Source: an uncultured Candidatus Binatia bacterium
GTDB lineage: Bacteria > Desulfobacterota > Binatia > UBA9968 > JAJDTQ01
NCBI GenBank assembly: GCA_965213675.1
Contig: OZ243916.1
Span: 3,104,001 to 3,168,000 of the forward strand
Direction: 5' to 3'
Length of the DNA: 64,000 nt
The translations under genes were made by a program, and so were the position numbers. This document shows positions 28,818-38,342 of the stretch, piece by piece. The notes beneath the pieces were generated by a model, which was given only the letters and a program-made list of their open reading frames with translations, had not been told where the DNA came from and ran no database searches. The stretch's first letter is position 1. Each line of letters starts with the position of its first letter.

Positions 28818-29993
28818 CTACGGCCCGGATTCCTGTTCCGGACCACGGGTCGCCCTCCGGTAACCCAAGGCGTCCTGGGCAATGATCAGCTTGTGGATGT
28901 TCGAGGAACCCTCCACGATCTGGTACGACTTGGCGTCGCGCAGGTAGCGCTCCACCGGAAACTCCGTCGAATATCCGTAGGCGCCCAGGATCTTGAATGC
29001 GCCGTCGGCGGCGTGCGCGGCGGCCTCCGCCGCGGCGTATTTCGCCATGGAGACTTCCAGGTTGTTGGGCCGCCCGCGATCCGCCAGGTGGGCTGCCCGG
29101 TACACCAGCAGGCGCGCCGCCTCTTCCTCCACGATCATCTGCGCGAGGCTGTCCTGGATCATCTGAAAGCGGCCGATGGGCTGGCCGAACTGCTGGCGCT
29201 GATTGGCATAGGCAAGCGCGGCCTCGCGCGCCGCGCGCGCCACTCCGAGGGCTCCGGCGGCGCAACTCAGGCGCGTCTGGTTGAGCTGCCACATGCACAT
29301 GGCGAAGCCCTGGCCCTCGGCTCCGATGCGCTGATCGGCCGGCACCCGCACGTCGTCGAATTCCAGCGTACCGGTGGGCGAGGCCAGCGCCCCCAACTTG
29401 TCCAGGGTGGCGCGCCGGACCCCGGCGCTGTCCAGTTCCACCATGAAGGCGGAAAGGCCGCGGTGTCGCGCATCCCGATCCGTGGTCGCATAGACCAGCC
29501 CCCAGTCGGCAATGGGTGCGTTGGAGATCCACGTCTTGGTGCCGCGGAGCACGTAGCCGCCGCCCGCGCGCCGGGCGCGGGTGGACATGGAGGCCACGTC
29601 CGAGCCGGAATCGGGCTCGGTGATGGCGAAACAGCCCACTCGCGATCCGTCCACCAGACCCGGGACCCAGCGGCGTTGCTGTTCGCCGGTGCCGAACCGG
29701 GCCAGCGTCACCGCGGGGGCGAGCTGGGTGTTGATATGCACGCGCGCCGAACTGTGCACCCGCGCGATCTCTTCGGTGAGCAGCGCCATGGCCAGATAGC
29801 CCAGGCCGGAGCCGCCGCAGCTCTCGGGAACCACGCAGCCGAAAAACCCCAACTGGCCCATCTTGTCGAAGATGTCCCGGCGAAAGCGGTGATCGCGGTC
29901 GTCCGCGGCCACCGTGGGCGCGATTTCCCTTTCGGCGAATTCGCGCGCCAACTCTCTGACCGCCAGCAGTTCCTCCGAAAGATCGAAATCCAT
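28818..29993 (-). CDS. Acyl-CoA dehydrogenase, similar to non-decarboxylating glutaryl-CoA dehydrogenase
   Basis: MDFDLSEEL, FAITEPDSGSDV, GTKTWISNA, KLGALASPTG, ILGAYGYSTEFPV, YQIVEGSSNI. Confidence 0.85.
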   Translation of the reverse strand: MDFDLSEELLAVRELAREFAEREIAPTVAADDRDHRFRRDIFDKMGQLGFFGCVVPESCGGSGLGYLAMALLTEEIARVHSSARVHINTQLAPAVTLARFGTGEQQRRWVPGLVDGSRVGCFAITEPDSGSDVASMSTRARRAGGGYVLRGTKTWISNAPIADWGLVYATTDRDARHRGLSAFMVELDSAGVRRATLDKLGALASPTGTLEFDDVRVPADQRIGAEGQGFAMCMWQLNQTRLSCAAGALGVARAAREAALAYANQRQQFGQPIGRFQMIQDSLAQMIVEEEAARLLVYRAAHLADRGRPNNLEVSMAKYAAAEAAAHAADGAFKILGAYGYSTEFPVERYLRDAKSYQIVEGSSNIHKLIIAQDALGYRRATRGPEQESGP

Positions 29994-30027
29994 GGCAACT
30001 CCACGGGGCGACCCCGTGACCCCTCCA

Positions 30028-31173
30028 TTATGCCCTCCCAAGCACTTCCCGCGCAATGACAAGCCGCTGGATCTCCGACGTTCCTTCGTAGATGCGCAGG
30101 GCCCGGATGTCGCGGTACAGCCGTTCCATGATGTGGCCCTCCACCAAGCCGCGGCCGCCGTGAATCTGCAGGGATTCGTCCACGATGCGCTGGGCGGCTT
30201 CGGTGGCGAAAAGTTTGGCCATGGAGGAGAGCCGCGCCAGGTCGGCGGCGCCCTGGTCATGGGCATGCGCCGCCTGGTAGACCAGCAGGCGCGCGGCCTC
30301 GAGTTCGGTGGCCATGTCCGCGATCTTGAATTGAATGGCCTGGAAGCGCGCCAGCGGCCGCCCGAACTGGCGCCGCTCGTGGGCGTGGCGCAGGGCCTCC
30401 GCCAGCGCTCGGCCGGCCATGCCGCAGGCGGCGGCGCCGACGCTGCAGCGAAGCGCCTCCAGCGTCGTCAGGGCGATCTCCAGGCCCTTGCCGGGTTCGC
30501 CGAGGAGTTGGTTCACGGGGATGCGGCAGCGGGCGAAGGACACGGTGCCGATGGGGTGCGGCGAGATCAGGGTGAGACGCTCCGTGACCGCCACTCCCGC
30601 GGTGTCGGCCTCCACCACGAACGCGCTGAGGCCCTTGCTCCCGCGCGCCGGATGGGTTTTGCCGAAGACGATGTAGAGTTGGGCCAGGCCAGCGTTGGAG
30701 ATGAGGCTCTTGACGCCGTCGAGCACGTAGTACCCGCCGCGCCGGCGCGCCCGAAGGCTGGCGGCGGCCGCGTCCGAGCCCGCGTCCGGCTCGGTGAGCG
30801 CAAAAGCGCCGGCAGCCGAGCCCGCCGCCAGCCGCGGCAGCCAGGCTTCCCGCTGCGCCGGGGTCCCGGCCGCCGCCAACGGATAGGCCGCCAGGGCCTG
30901 CACCGCGAACAGGGTGTCCGCCAGCGGGGACGCGCCCGCCAACGCCTCGCGGATCATGCACAGGTCGCGCGCCTGAACGCTGCGGCGCGCGCCCCCGAAC
31001 TCGCGCGGTGCCACATGGCGGAATACCCCGCGGCGGGCAAGTTTCCGGAACGCCGCCACTGCGGCCTCATCGCCAGCGCGCCCATCGATGCCGTCCAGTT
31101 CCGCCTGCGCCCACGTGGTCCATGCGCGGCGCAGTCGAAGCTGCGGGTCAGACAACCCCCTTGGCGAGCCCAT
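30028..31173 (-). CDS. Acyl-CoA dehydrogenase
   Basis: AFALTEPDAGSD, RRQFGRPLARFQ, QIHGGRG, LYRDIRALRIYEGTSEIQ. Confidence 0.9.
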   Translation of the reverse strand: MGSPRGLSDPQLRLRRAWTTWAQAELDGIDGRAGDEAAVAAFRKLARRGVFRHVAPREFGGARRSVQARDLCMIREALAGASPLADTLFAVQALAAYPLAAAGTPAQREAWLPRLAAGSAAGAFALTEPDAGSDAAAASLRARRRGGYYVLDGVKSLISNAGLAQLYIVFGKTHPARGSKGLSAFVVEADTAGVAVTERLTLISPHPIGTVSFARCRIPVNQLLGEPGKGLEIALTTLEALRCSVGAAACGMAGRALAEALRHAHERRQFGRPLARFQAIQFKIADMATELEAARLLVYQAAHAHDQGAADLARLSSMAKLFATEAAQRIVDESLQIHGGRGLVEGHIMERLYRDIRALRIYEGTSEIQRLVIAREVLGRA

Positions 31174-31363
31174 CACCGGCGTCCCGTCCGGGCAATTCGC
31201 ATGACAATTCGGATGACGATTCGCATCACAAGTTGCGGAGGAGCGTCGCCGGCAAGGCGTTCCTGGATTTCCGTCTCCCAGGGGGTTCGTCCGTGCGGTC
31301 GGGAAATCACCGCAACGCATGGACGCCGCAGGGCGCGGATACCGCAAGGCATGGAAAGGGCCC

Positions 31364-31394
31364 GTGTAGGGGCGACCGGCTGTCGTCCCTACAC
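31364..31394. repeat. GTAG-type REP palindrome overlapping the enoyl-CoA hydratase stop codon
   Basis: gtGTAGGGGCGACcggctGTCGTCCCTACac. Confidence 0.6.
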
Positions 31395-32210
31395 CGACGG
31401 ATCCCCCGTATCTTCGTCTTCCTGGTTGAATCGCGGTTTCTCACGCGCCATGAACGCGCGGAATCCCTCGTGAAAGTCGGCCGTTTGCATGCAATGGGCC
31501 TGGGTCATGGCCTCCATCTCCAGGGCCGCGTCCAGGCTCAGGCCCGCTTCCAGCTCCAGCAGTTTCTTGGTCACCCCGATGGCGTAGCGTGGCCCCTCCC
31601 GCAATCTTTGGGCCAGGCGCTGCGCCTCGGACATCAGGTCGTCATGCGGCACGACTTTGTTGGCCAGTCCGATGCGGCAGGCTTCCGCGGCGTCCACGCG
31701 GTCGCCCAGGGACAGGAGTTCCATGGCGCGCCCCATGCCGACGATGCGCGGCAGCAGGTGAATGGCGCCCATGTCCGATCCGGCGAGGCCCACCTTGACG
31801 AACAGGAACGCCAGGCTGGCCCGGTCCGACAGGATCCGGAAGTCGCTCGCCAGGGCAAGGGCCGCTCCGGCCCCGGCGGCCACGCCGTTGACCGCGGCGA
31901 TGATGGGCTTCTCAAGCCGGCGCATGTTGCGCACCACGTCACAGGTCAGGCGGGTGAAGCGGTATAGTCCGGCGCCGTCCAGCTTGAGCAGTTCGCCGAT
32001 GATCTCGTCGACGCTGCCGCCGGAACAGAAGCCTTTGCCCGCGCCGGTGAGGACCAGCACGTGCACGCGCGAGTCGTCCGCCAGTGAGCCGGTGAGGGCC
32101 GCCAGCTCTTCGTACGTGCGGAAAGTCAGCGCATTGAGTTGAGCCGGATTGTTGAGTCGGACCGTGGCCACGCCGTCGTCCAGCGCATAGTCGAAACTGT
32201 CATACGGCAT
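31389..32210 (-). CDS. Enoyl-CoA hydratase/isomerase family protein
   Basis: LNNPAQLNALTF, FCSGGSV, IIAAVNGVAAGAG, LPRIVGMGRAMELL. Confidence 0.92.
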   Translation of the reverse strand: MPYDSFDYALDDGVATVRLNNPAQLNALTFRTYEELAALTGSLADDSRVHVLVLTGAGKGFCSGGSVDEIIGELLKLDGAGLYRFTRLTCDVVRNMRRLEKPIIAAVNGVAAGAGAALALASDFRILSDRASLAFLFVKVGLAGSDMGAIHLLPRIVGMGRAMELLSLGDRVDAAEACRIGLANKVVPHDDLMSEAQRLAQRLREGPRYAIGVTKKLLELEAGLSLDAALEMEAMTQAHCMQTADFHEGFRAFMAREKPRFNQEDEDTGDPSV

Positions 32211-32474
32211 GACACCTGTCTTTCAGATGGACCTGCTCGGTCAGGCCTGCGCCCAGTTTCGCAGGATCGTGATATTTGGTTGTATGATAGTGTCCGTCAG
32301 GAAACCCCTGACACATTGACAAGGTCGCTCGGCCAAGCCGTCGATGGCGTGTATGATGCGGAGCCGGTTCAATTTATGGAGCCTCGCCCTTATCCTGTCA
32401 ATCTCCTCTTGGATTGAAGATCGATCAGCACAGCGACCACCAACTGTGTATCTTGCTGTTTGCCACGCAGGTGG

Positions 32475-32968
32475 TGGTCTTACCCGGGTTTGGCGGACAT
32501 CTGATATGGCCTCGGAGGTGACAACCATGACTCGGACGAGACGGAGGTTTTCGAAGGAGTTCAAGCAGGAAACGGTCAAGCTGGTCAAGGAAGGACCGCG
32601 CTCGGTCGGAGAGGTCGCGGGTAATCTGGACTTGACGGAATCGGCGGTTCGCAATTGGGTGCGCCAGTTCGACGTGAATGCTGGTGTGCGCGAGGGCGTG
32701 AGCACGAGCGAACGCGATGAGCTACGCCGGCTGCGCCAGTACTTCCCCAAAGGTACTGACCTCAATCGGCACAGCGCTAACGACATTGCTGCTGTCGCGG
32801 CCACACTCAACCGCCGACCGCGGCAGACTCTCGGGTGGAGAACTCCATCCGAAGCCTTGAACGAACTCCTACTCTTACACCAGCGAGGACGTGTTGCGAC
32901 GACCCCTTGAAACCGGCCAATACGCTTCGGCCGACTACCGGCGCCTGCTCGATGCCCACGGCATCCAA
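32475..32968 (+). mobile_element. Degenerate nested IS remnant: IS3-family left end and orfA fused to an IS30-family transposase C-terminus, followed by an IS3 orfB fragment
   Basis: TG-starting end at 32475. From ATG 32527, RRRFSKEFKQETVKLV...ERDELRRLR joins QYFPKGTDL...LNRRPRQTLGWRTP. QYASADYRRLLDAHGIQ follows at 32918-32968. Confidence 0.8.
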
Positions 32969-32994
32969 TATGCACCCTAATGCACCCTCACACC

Positions 32995-33369
32995 TCAAGG
33001 GACGAACTTCTTCAACAAGACCGCGGGCAACCGCTTCAGCTCTTCATTGCGCGGATCGACCGCGAAGCCGCCGGACTCCAGCGCAGTGACGCCAAGCAGC
33101 GGCTCCGCGCCGTCGTCCCCGTACACGATGGTGCCGCCGACGACTTCTCCCTTGAATTCGATCTCGGCGATGGTGATGTCGAAGGCGGCGGGTTTGCCGT
33201 CCGCCAGGACGTAGTCACGATGGCCCCTGGGTTGCAGCCCGATTTCTTCGAGCCGCCTCCGTGGGACGAGCGAATCAAAAGCGCCGGTATCGACGAGGAA
33301 TTTCCCGGTCCAGCTCCGTCGCGGATCGGCGGGATTGCGGATGGTGACATCGACGTAGGTGGCCCCCAT
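32995..33369 (-). CDS. Stand-alone clan AA (retropepsin-like) aspartic protease
   Basis: FLVDTGA catalytic motif, LADG, EPLLGVTALE. Confidence 0.85.
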   Translation of the reverse strand: MGATYVDVTIRNPADPRRSWTGKFLVDTGAFDSLVPRRRLEEIGLQPRGHRDYVLADGKPAAFDITIAEIEFKGEVVGGTIVYGDDGAEPLLGVTALESGGFAVDPRNEELKRLPAVLLKKFVP

Positions 33370-33431
33370 TCACGATTCTCCTTCTGCGATTCCTGTGCGG
33401 GCAGACGGCCCCTGGCTCGTTCATCCGTAAG

Positions 33432-33963
33432 GGAAGGTCCGAACAACGGCGGTTTTAGCCGGCAAGCGGACCGTCGGATCAGTTAGTGGCATGCCGGGAC
33501 CTTGGATAAGGGGTCCGGGGAGTCGTTTTATGACCAAACCGCGGGTATTTCGCCCTCCCTTGCCGCAGCGGGCGGACCGGTCCCCGCCTCAGGACCTCAG
33601 GCGTAGCGCCCTGCGATGAGCAGATTGGTGAACCCGAGCAGTACGGCGATGCGCTGGGTGTTCTTCCACAGCCCGCGGTAGCGCACCTTGGCGTAGCCGA
33701 AGTGGCGCTTCACGTACAGAAACGGATGCTCCACCTTGGCCCGCACAGACGCCTTGCGCTTCTCCGCCGCCTCTTCCGGTCCGATCTTCTCCAGCTTCCG
33801 GCGCTGGCCCGGCTTCATCGCCACCTGCCAGTCCTCCCGCCGCGTCCGCCGCTCCTTTCGACCATGCCCATCTCCGCGAAGCTCCCCTGTCTCATCGTGT
33901 CCCCTCCATGCCCTGCCGTTTTCCCTATTATGACATGTGAATGGTCGATTGTTCAGATCTTCC
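33432..33963 (-). mobile_element. Internally deleted IS5-family element (non-autonomous)
   Basis: TIRs GGAAGGTCCGAACAA / TTGTTCAGATCTTCC. The transposase N-terminus (MRQGSFAE..RKERRTRRE, ATG 33895) is joined to the C-terminus (KASVRAKVEHPF...KVRYRGL). Confidence 0.85.
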
Positions 33964-34128
33964 CTAGTGTGGTGTCTGGTTAATTCGGGTCATAATCTGC
34001 GGGTCTTTTTCGCCGTCGGCTGCGTTGCTCTTCCTCGCGTGGTACCCGCCACTGCTCGTCATCGCGCCTTGCCGACAACAAAAAATCCTCCGCAGATTAT
34101 GACCCGAATTAACCAGACACCACACTAG
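33964..34128. mobile_element. ~165-bp structured repeat / MITE, copy 2, with a 39-bp perfect terminal inverted repeat
   Basis: CTAGTGTGGTGTCTGGTTAATTCGGGTCATAATCTGCGG (33964-34002) is the exact reverse complement of 34090-34128. Confidence 0.88.
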
Positions 34129-34201
34129 ACTGTCATGGTGCCGTCCCGTCGCGTCTTGTGGGGAACCATCGGTACGGGTTGGCGCGGCACGCCGGGCCCC
34201 G

Positions 34202-34978
34202 TTACCCCATGAAGGCGCCGCCGTCGACATGAATGCCTTGGCCCGTGACGGCGTCGCCCGCCGGACTCGCCAGCAGCACCGCGAGTTCCGCTACCTCGTC
34301 CGGGTCGATCAACCGCCCTTGCGGCGCGGTTCCGGCGAACCGTTCCAGCACCGCCAGCGCGCTCTCGCCGGTGCGCGCGGCCATGCGCCGGGCATTGTCG
34401 CGTGTGAGTCCGGTGTCCGCGTAGCCTGGACAGATGGCGTTCACGGTGACGCCCTTGCGCGCCGTTTCCAGGGCGATGACCCGCGTCAGGCCCAGGACCG
34501 CGTGCTTGGAAGCGGTGTATGCCGCGGTGTGGGGATACGCGGTCCTGGCGGTGGTCGAGGCGATGTTGATGATGCGCCCCCAACCGGCCGCGATCATGGG
34601 CTCCAGGAACCGCTTGCAACAGTAGCAGGTGCCCAGGAAGTTCACCCGCAGCACCTCCTCCAGAAGAGAGTCCTCCATTTCCAGAAAGCTCGCCGCCGGC
34701 GCAATGCCCGCGCTGTTGACGAGGATCTGCACGACTCCCGCCCGCCGCGCGCGTTGACTGAGCGCTTCGACGTCCGTCCGGGAACCGACGTCGCACGTCA
34801 CCGGAATGGCGTCGCGTTGGTGCGCGCGCACCTCGGCCGCCACCTCCTCAAGGGGCTGCAGGCGGCGCCCCGCCAGAACCAGGCGGCATCCCTCCCGCGC
34901 CAGCGCCAAGGCCACACTCCGGCCGATGCCGCTTCCGGCTCCGGTGACCAACGCGATCTTGTCAAGCAGTGAATCCAA
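34202..34978 (-). CDS. Short-chain dehydrogenase/reductase (3-hydroxyacyl-CoA/3-oxoacyl reductase-like)
   Basis: ALVTGAGSGIG, LVNSAG, IINIAS, YTASK, VNAICPG. Probable TTG start. Confidence 0.9.
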   Translation of the reverse strand: MDSLLDKIALVTGAGSGIGRSVALALAREGCRLVLAGRRLQPLEEVAAEVRAHQRDAIPVTCDVGSRTDVEALSQRARRAGVVQILVNSAGIAPAASFLEMEDSLLEEVLRVNFLGTCYCCKRFLEPMIAAGWGRIINIASTTARTAYPHTAAYTASKHAVLGLTRVIALETARKGVTVNAICPGYADTGLTRDNARRMAARTGESALAVLERFAGTAPQGRLIDPDEVAELAVLLASPAGDAVTGQGIHVDGGAFMG

Positions 34979-35390
34979 AGGACCAATTCGCGAATTTATC
35001 AGATATCGCGGATGCGACACCAACGTTCGCCATGGCTCCTTCTGTCCGCCGCCGGTGCGGAGGATGTCCGGTACGCGATTTGCGTCCTCTTGATTCGCCT
35101 GATCCGGGATCGTCAACCGGGGAGCCTGTCGGGTTTGGGCCAGGGTAGGGGCAACCGGCCGGCCGCTACGGGACATCGGACGGTCACGGCTTTTGCGGCG
35201 CAGGCTCCTGGCGCCGGGATGTGTCCGTGATGCCGCCGCATGGGCGACTGACGGACCCGCGACGGGGCCGTCCCCTTGTTGCTCGTGCAGGGGCTGATAT
35301 AAGGCTGATATGGGGATGGTGTGGGACTCTGGTGTGGGCTCGGTTGGAATGAAGCATCGGCGCGCATGGACGCGCTGCAAGGAGGTCGCC

Positions 35391-36695
35391 ATGGGACGCC
35401 GCAAGAACTTCACCGCGGCAAGGGTCGCCGCGGCAATGGCCACCGGGGCGTTCGTGCTCCTGTGGGCGGCGCACGCCGCCCTGGGTCAAGGGTCGCCGCC
35501 GCCGGTACTCACGCTGCAAGAGGCGGAACGTACCGCCCGCAAGAACCATCCCGGCATCCGCGCCGCCAACCAAAGGGTCAAGGTGCAGGAGGCCGTGCTG
35601 AAGCGCGCCCAGGCCGCGTACTACCCCACCGCCGGCGTGCGCAGTTCCTATGAGAACAGGCCCACGGCGGAGGGTCCGAACGCGCACGAGGACCTGTTCA
35701 GCACCACCGGTCAGGTGAATTGGCTCGTGAGCGACTTCGGCCGGCGGAAGGGCACGGTCCGGCGGCAGGAAGAAACACTGGAAGCCCGCCGCTTCTCCGA
35801 ACGAACGTCGGTGGACGATGTGGTCCTGACCGTTCGCAGGGCCTTTTTCGACTACCTGCGGGCCGAGGCGCTGGTGCGGGTGGAGCAGGACACGGTCAAG
35901 GACCGCGAGACCCTGGTGCGCCAGGCCCAGGGCTTCTTCGACGTGGGCACCCGCCCCAAGATCGACGTGGCGCGCGCCGAGGCAAGCCTTTTCGCGGCCC
36001 AGGCCGGACTCATCGGGGCCCAGAACGGCGTCAGGATCGCGTGGGCGCGGCTCAAGGGCGCCATGGGGGTCGTGCAGTTCGCCGAGCGCCAGGTGGCATC
36101 CGAGGTCAACGTCCACGCGTCCACCCTTTCACTGGACGAGGCGGTGAAGGCGGCGCTGGAATCGCGCGCGGAGATCATGGAGTTCCAGGCGCGCCTGAAG
36201 GCCCAGCAGGAGGCCATCGACGTGGTCAGGTTGGGGCGCATGCCGCGTGTGCGGGTGGACGGGCAGTACGGCCGCCGGTGGCACAACGACGAGGACGTCG
36301 TGAGTTCGTCGTTGACCCTGGAGATCCCGCTGTTCACCGGGTTCACGCTCACCCCCGAGATCGAGCGCGCGGTCAGCGATTACGCGGTCATCAGGGCGCA
36401 ATTGGCGGAGTTGCGCCAGCGCATCGCTCTGGATGTGGAAGAGAGCTATCTGAACCTCGTGGAGGCGGGCGAACGGATCAAGGCCAACGAAGCGCAGACC
36501 CGGTCGGCCAAGGAAAACCTCGATCTGGCCAACGGCCGTTACCAGGTGGGTGTAGGCTCCATCATCGAGATCACCGAAGCCCAAGTCATCAACACCCGCG
36601 CCCAGACGGACTATATCCGCTCCATCTATGACCACAAGGTGGCCGAGGCCCGGCTGGCGCGCGCCATGGGTCGGGGCCAGGCCTTCAGCCCGTAA
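35391..36695 (+). CDS. TolC family outer membrane efflux protein
   Basis: Signal peptide and two OEP repeats (LTLQEAERTARKNHP; RYQVGVGSIIEITEAQ...ARLARAMG). AAGGAGG RBS. Confidence 0.9.
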   Translation: MGRRKNFTAARVAAAMATGAFVLLWAAHAALGQGSPPPVLTLQEAERTARKNHPGIRAANQRVKVQEAVLKRAQAAYYPTAGVRSSYENRPTAEGPNAHEDLFSTTGQVNWLVSDFGRRKGTVRRQEETLEARRFSERTSVDDVVLTVRRAFFDYLRAEALVRVEQDTVKDRETLVRQAQGFFDVGTRPKIDVARAEASLFAAQAGLIGAQNGVRIAWARLKGAMGVVQFAERQVASEVNVHASTLSLDEAVKAALESRAEIMEFQARLKAQQEAIDVVRLGRMPRVRVDGQYGRRWHNDEDVVSSSLTLEIPLFTGFTLTPEIERAVSDYAVIRAQLAELRQRIALDVEESYLNLVEAGERIKANEAQTRSAKENLDLANGRYQVGVGSIIEITEAQVINTRAQTDYIRSIYDHKVAEARLARAMGRGQAFSP

Positions 36696-36800
36696 CCGGC
36701 GCGTGTCCGGTGTGGATGCGGCGAGGCCCGGATGCGGCCGCGGCGAGGCGGGCAGTCGTCCCGTGAGGCGCGCCCGAGTGGCTGTTCAAGGGACAAGACA

Positions 36801-38234
36801 CTAGGGGGAGGCCGGCGGAGGCGGCAACTCGCCCGGCGATCCTGTTCCGTCACTTCCAAGCGCGCGGTCGATACCCTCCAACAGGCCGGACTGCGGTTTG
36901 TCGGGCGCGCGTTCCGCGGGTTGGGCTTGCTCGGCCGAGAAGAGCCCGGGATCGGCGGCCGGGGCCTGCGGCGCATCGGCGGGCGCCGTCGCTTCGCCGA
37001 GTTGCCTGTCGACCGCGCCCAGGACCTCGGCCGGGTCGCTCTCCTTCGGCGCTGGATCGTTCTTCTCGGGCGGGAGGGCGGCGACCGGAGGCTTGGGCGC
37101 GTCGTCCGGTGAAGTCCCGGCGGTTCCCAACGTCGCGTCGATGCTTTCCACCACATCCTTGGCGGATCCGGCGTCCACCGCGGCGGCTGCCGCCGGCGGG
37201 TCCGGTTTCTCGCGGGACCACGAGAACGGATTCAAAAAGCTGAACAACCTTTGGAAGAACCCCTTCCTCTCCTCCCGCGGCGGCGCGTTCCCCGCTGGCG
37301 GCCGCTCCGCGCCCGCGGATGCGCGCTGCCCGGCGCCGGTGGATGCCTGCGTGTCGCGACGCCAGGAGAACGGATTCAGCCAAGTGTACCAACTCCTCTG
37401 GGTCGTGGCTTCGTAATCGTAGCCTTCCTTGACGATGAACCGCATGGGTTCCACGGCCTTCGTCGCAGTGTCCCCGCCCGGCGAAGCTGGGCTTGCCCCC
37501 TCATCCTGTCCCGCTTGCGGCAGCCTGATGAGGGAGTCCCGCGCCGCGGATGCCGCGGGTGTGTCGGAATATTCCCGCACCACCTTCTCGAAACGTTCCC
37601 GCGCCGCCCGATAGCGCTGGTCCTCCAGGTAATGGTTTCCGATGTAGAGTTCGCGTTCCGCCAGGTGAACCCGCGTTTCCGCCAGGCGTTGGCGTGCATC
37701 GGGAACGTGCTCCGAGTCCGGATGATCCCGGATCACCGATTCGAACTGCCGTCGTGCTTCGCGGACCTTCTCCAGATCCCGGTCGACCCCGGTGAACTGC
37801 GCCAGGTTGACCCGGCCGAGTTGATACTTGACGAAGTGGGCGTGCTGCCCGGTGGGTTGGAAGGTCAGGTAGTTCTTGTATGTCTCCTCGGCCAGGGCGT
37901 ACTCCTCGTTCCGTGAGTAGGCGTCGGCGATTTTCAACTCGGCGTCCTCGGCTTCCTTGCTGAAGGGATATTCGTCCCGGAGCTTCTGGAAGAACGAAAT
38001 GGAGCGCGCGTACCGGCCCCTCTCGAAGTAGTCGATGCCGTCCTTGTACAGCGCTGCGGCCGTGGGCGTGGTCTCCGAGCGCGGCTTGGAGCGGAACAGG
38101 TCCGTGACCGCGCCGGTGAGGTCCGTCAGCTTGGGGATTCTGCCGCGCTCTCCCGTGGGCGACGTACAGCCGCCAAGGGCCAGTGTGGCCAAGAGTACGA
38201 CGAGAACGCCTCCGAGATGATGCCGTTGGTGCAT
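36801..38234 (-). CDS. bamD: Outer membrane protein assembly factor BamD with a long C-terminal extension
   Basis: Lipobox LGGC and TPRs (YPFSKEAEDAELKIADAY, LAERELYIGNHY, AARERF), followed by a ~200-aa Pro/Ala-rich tail. Confidence 0.85.
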   Translation of the reverse strand: MHQRHHLGGVLVVLLATLALGGCTSPTGERGRIPKLTDLTGAVTDLFRSKPRSETTPTAAALYKDGIDYFERGRYARSISFFQKLRDEYPFSKEAEDAELKIADAYSRNEEYALAEETYKNYLTFQPTGQHAHFVKYQLGRVNLAQFTGVDRDLEKVREARRQFESVIRDHPDSEHVPDARQRLAETRVHLAERELYIGNHYLEDQRYRAARERFEKVVREYSDTPAASAARDSLIRLPQAGQDEGASPASPGGDTATKAVEPMRFIVKEGYDYEATTQRSWYTWLNPFSWRRDTQASTGAGQRASAGAERPPAGNAPPREERKGFFQRLFSFLNPFSWSREKPDPPAAAAAVDAGSAKDVVESIDATLGTAGTSPDDAPKPPVAALPPEKNDPAPKESDPAEVLGAVDRQLGEATAPADAPQAPAADPGLFSAEQAQPAERAPDKPQSGLLEGIDRALGSDGTGSPGELPPPPASP

Positions 38235-38342
38235 GTGGGTAGCCTTTGGCGACAGGAATCCAGGGACTCTACACGGTCCCGAAAGGGCCTTCAAGACATC
38301 GCCCCGGACCTTCATCTTCCGAGGAACGAGGCTCCGCGCGTC

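Noticed and set aside
32221-32470. Lower-GC stretch with short ORFs (32139..32417 +)
   Set aside because: It may be a gene remnant next to the IS3 end, but I could not recognise any family, start or RBS.
34962-35033. Short ORF MANVGVASAISDKFANWSFGFTA (minus strand) with an AGGAG RBS overlapping the SDR start
   Set aside because: Only 23 codons with no recognisable motif. It cannot be distinguished from chance, although a leader peptide is not excluded.
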